Virus record (IMG/VR): IMGVR_UViG_3300035102_000153
Location: 1 to 34,478 of that record
Length of the DNA: 34,478 nucleotides
Strand: one strand, 5' to 3'
Source of the DNA: a virus
Lineage: Duplodnaviria > Caudoviricetes
Shown here: positions 34,352-34,478 of the stretch, piece after piece
Layout of the letters: the number at the start of each line of letters is the position of its first letter
How positions within the stretch are numbered: the stretch's first letter is position 1
Position numbers and translations under genes: made by a program
Notes under the pieces: model-generated
Told to the model about the DNA's origin: nothing
Databases searched by the model: none
What the model saw: the letters and a program-made list of their open reading frames with translations, nothing else

Positions 34352-34478
34352 AACAATGGAAACGGCATTATTTCATTTACGAAAGCAAGGAAAATTAGAA
34401 CAATTAGAAAAACAGCTAAAAGACGTTTATGTAGAACGTTTACATAGCAAGTTAATAAATGAATTTGAAAGCTTTTTA
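34352..34478. repeat. Terminal direct repeat, copy 2
   Basis: Identical to bases 1-127. Confidence 0.95.

Overview
The window is an apparently complete, circular, roughly 34.35-kb AT-rich siphovirus-type phage genome. Bases 1-127 are identical to 34352-34478, most likely an assembly overlap. Every credible protein gene is on the + strand. Gene order is: small early genes; a replication module (two stand-alone wHTH proteins, an initiator with internal iterons, DnaB); an IscB with omegaRNA inserted at the dnaB 3' end; SSB, duplicated coiled-coil genes and a DUF1064-like nuclease; packaging and head genes (TerS, PBSX-type TerL, portal-MuF fusion, protease-capsid fusion); neck and tail genes; a lysis cassette with a lytic transglycosylase; an early/recombination operon (HTH, Bet/RecT); a moron with two Y RNA-like RNAs and Ro60/TROVE; then an RHH regulator and small genes. 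I found no integrase, CI-like repressor or ParA. The main observations are: (1) near-complete removal of GAG/CTC and GATA/TATC words from the core genome, with many Shine-Dalgarno sites reading GGGGG rather than GGAGG; (2) a Ro60 cassette whose longer Y RNA contains a circularly permuted four-arm tRNA-His mimic; (3) a likely pseudoknot-stimulated -1 frameshift in a lysis-cassette membrane gene; (4) an intact IscB with a duplicated omegaRNA 5' end and no visible second element end; (5) a minus-strand promoter for a short RNA carrying an anti-SD sequence. All calls were made by eye, without database searches.
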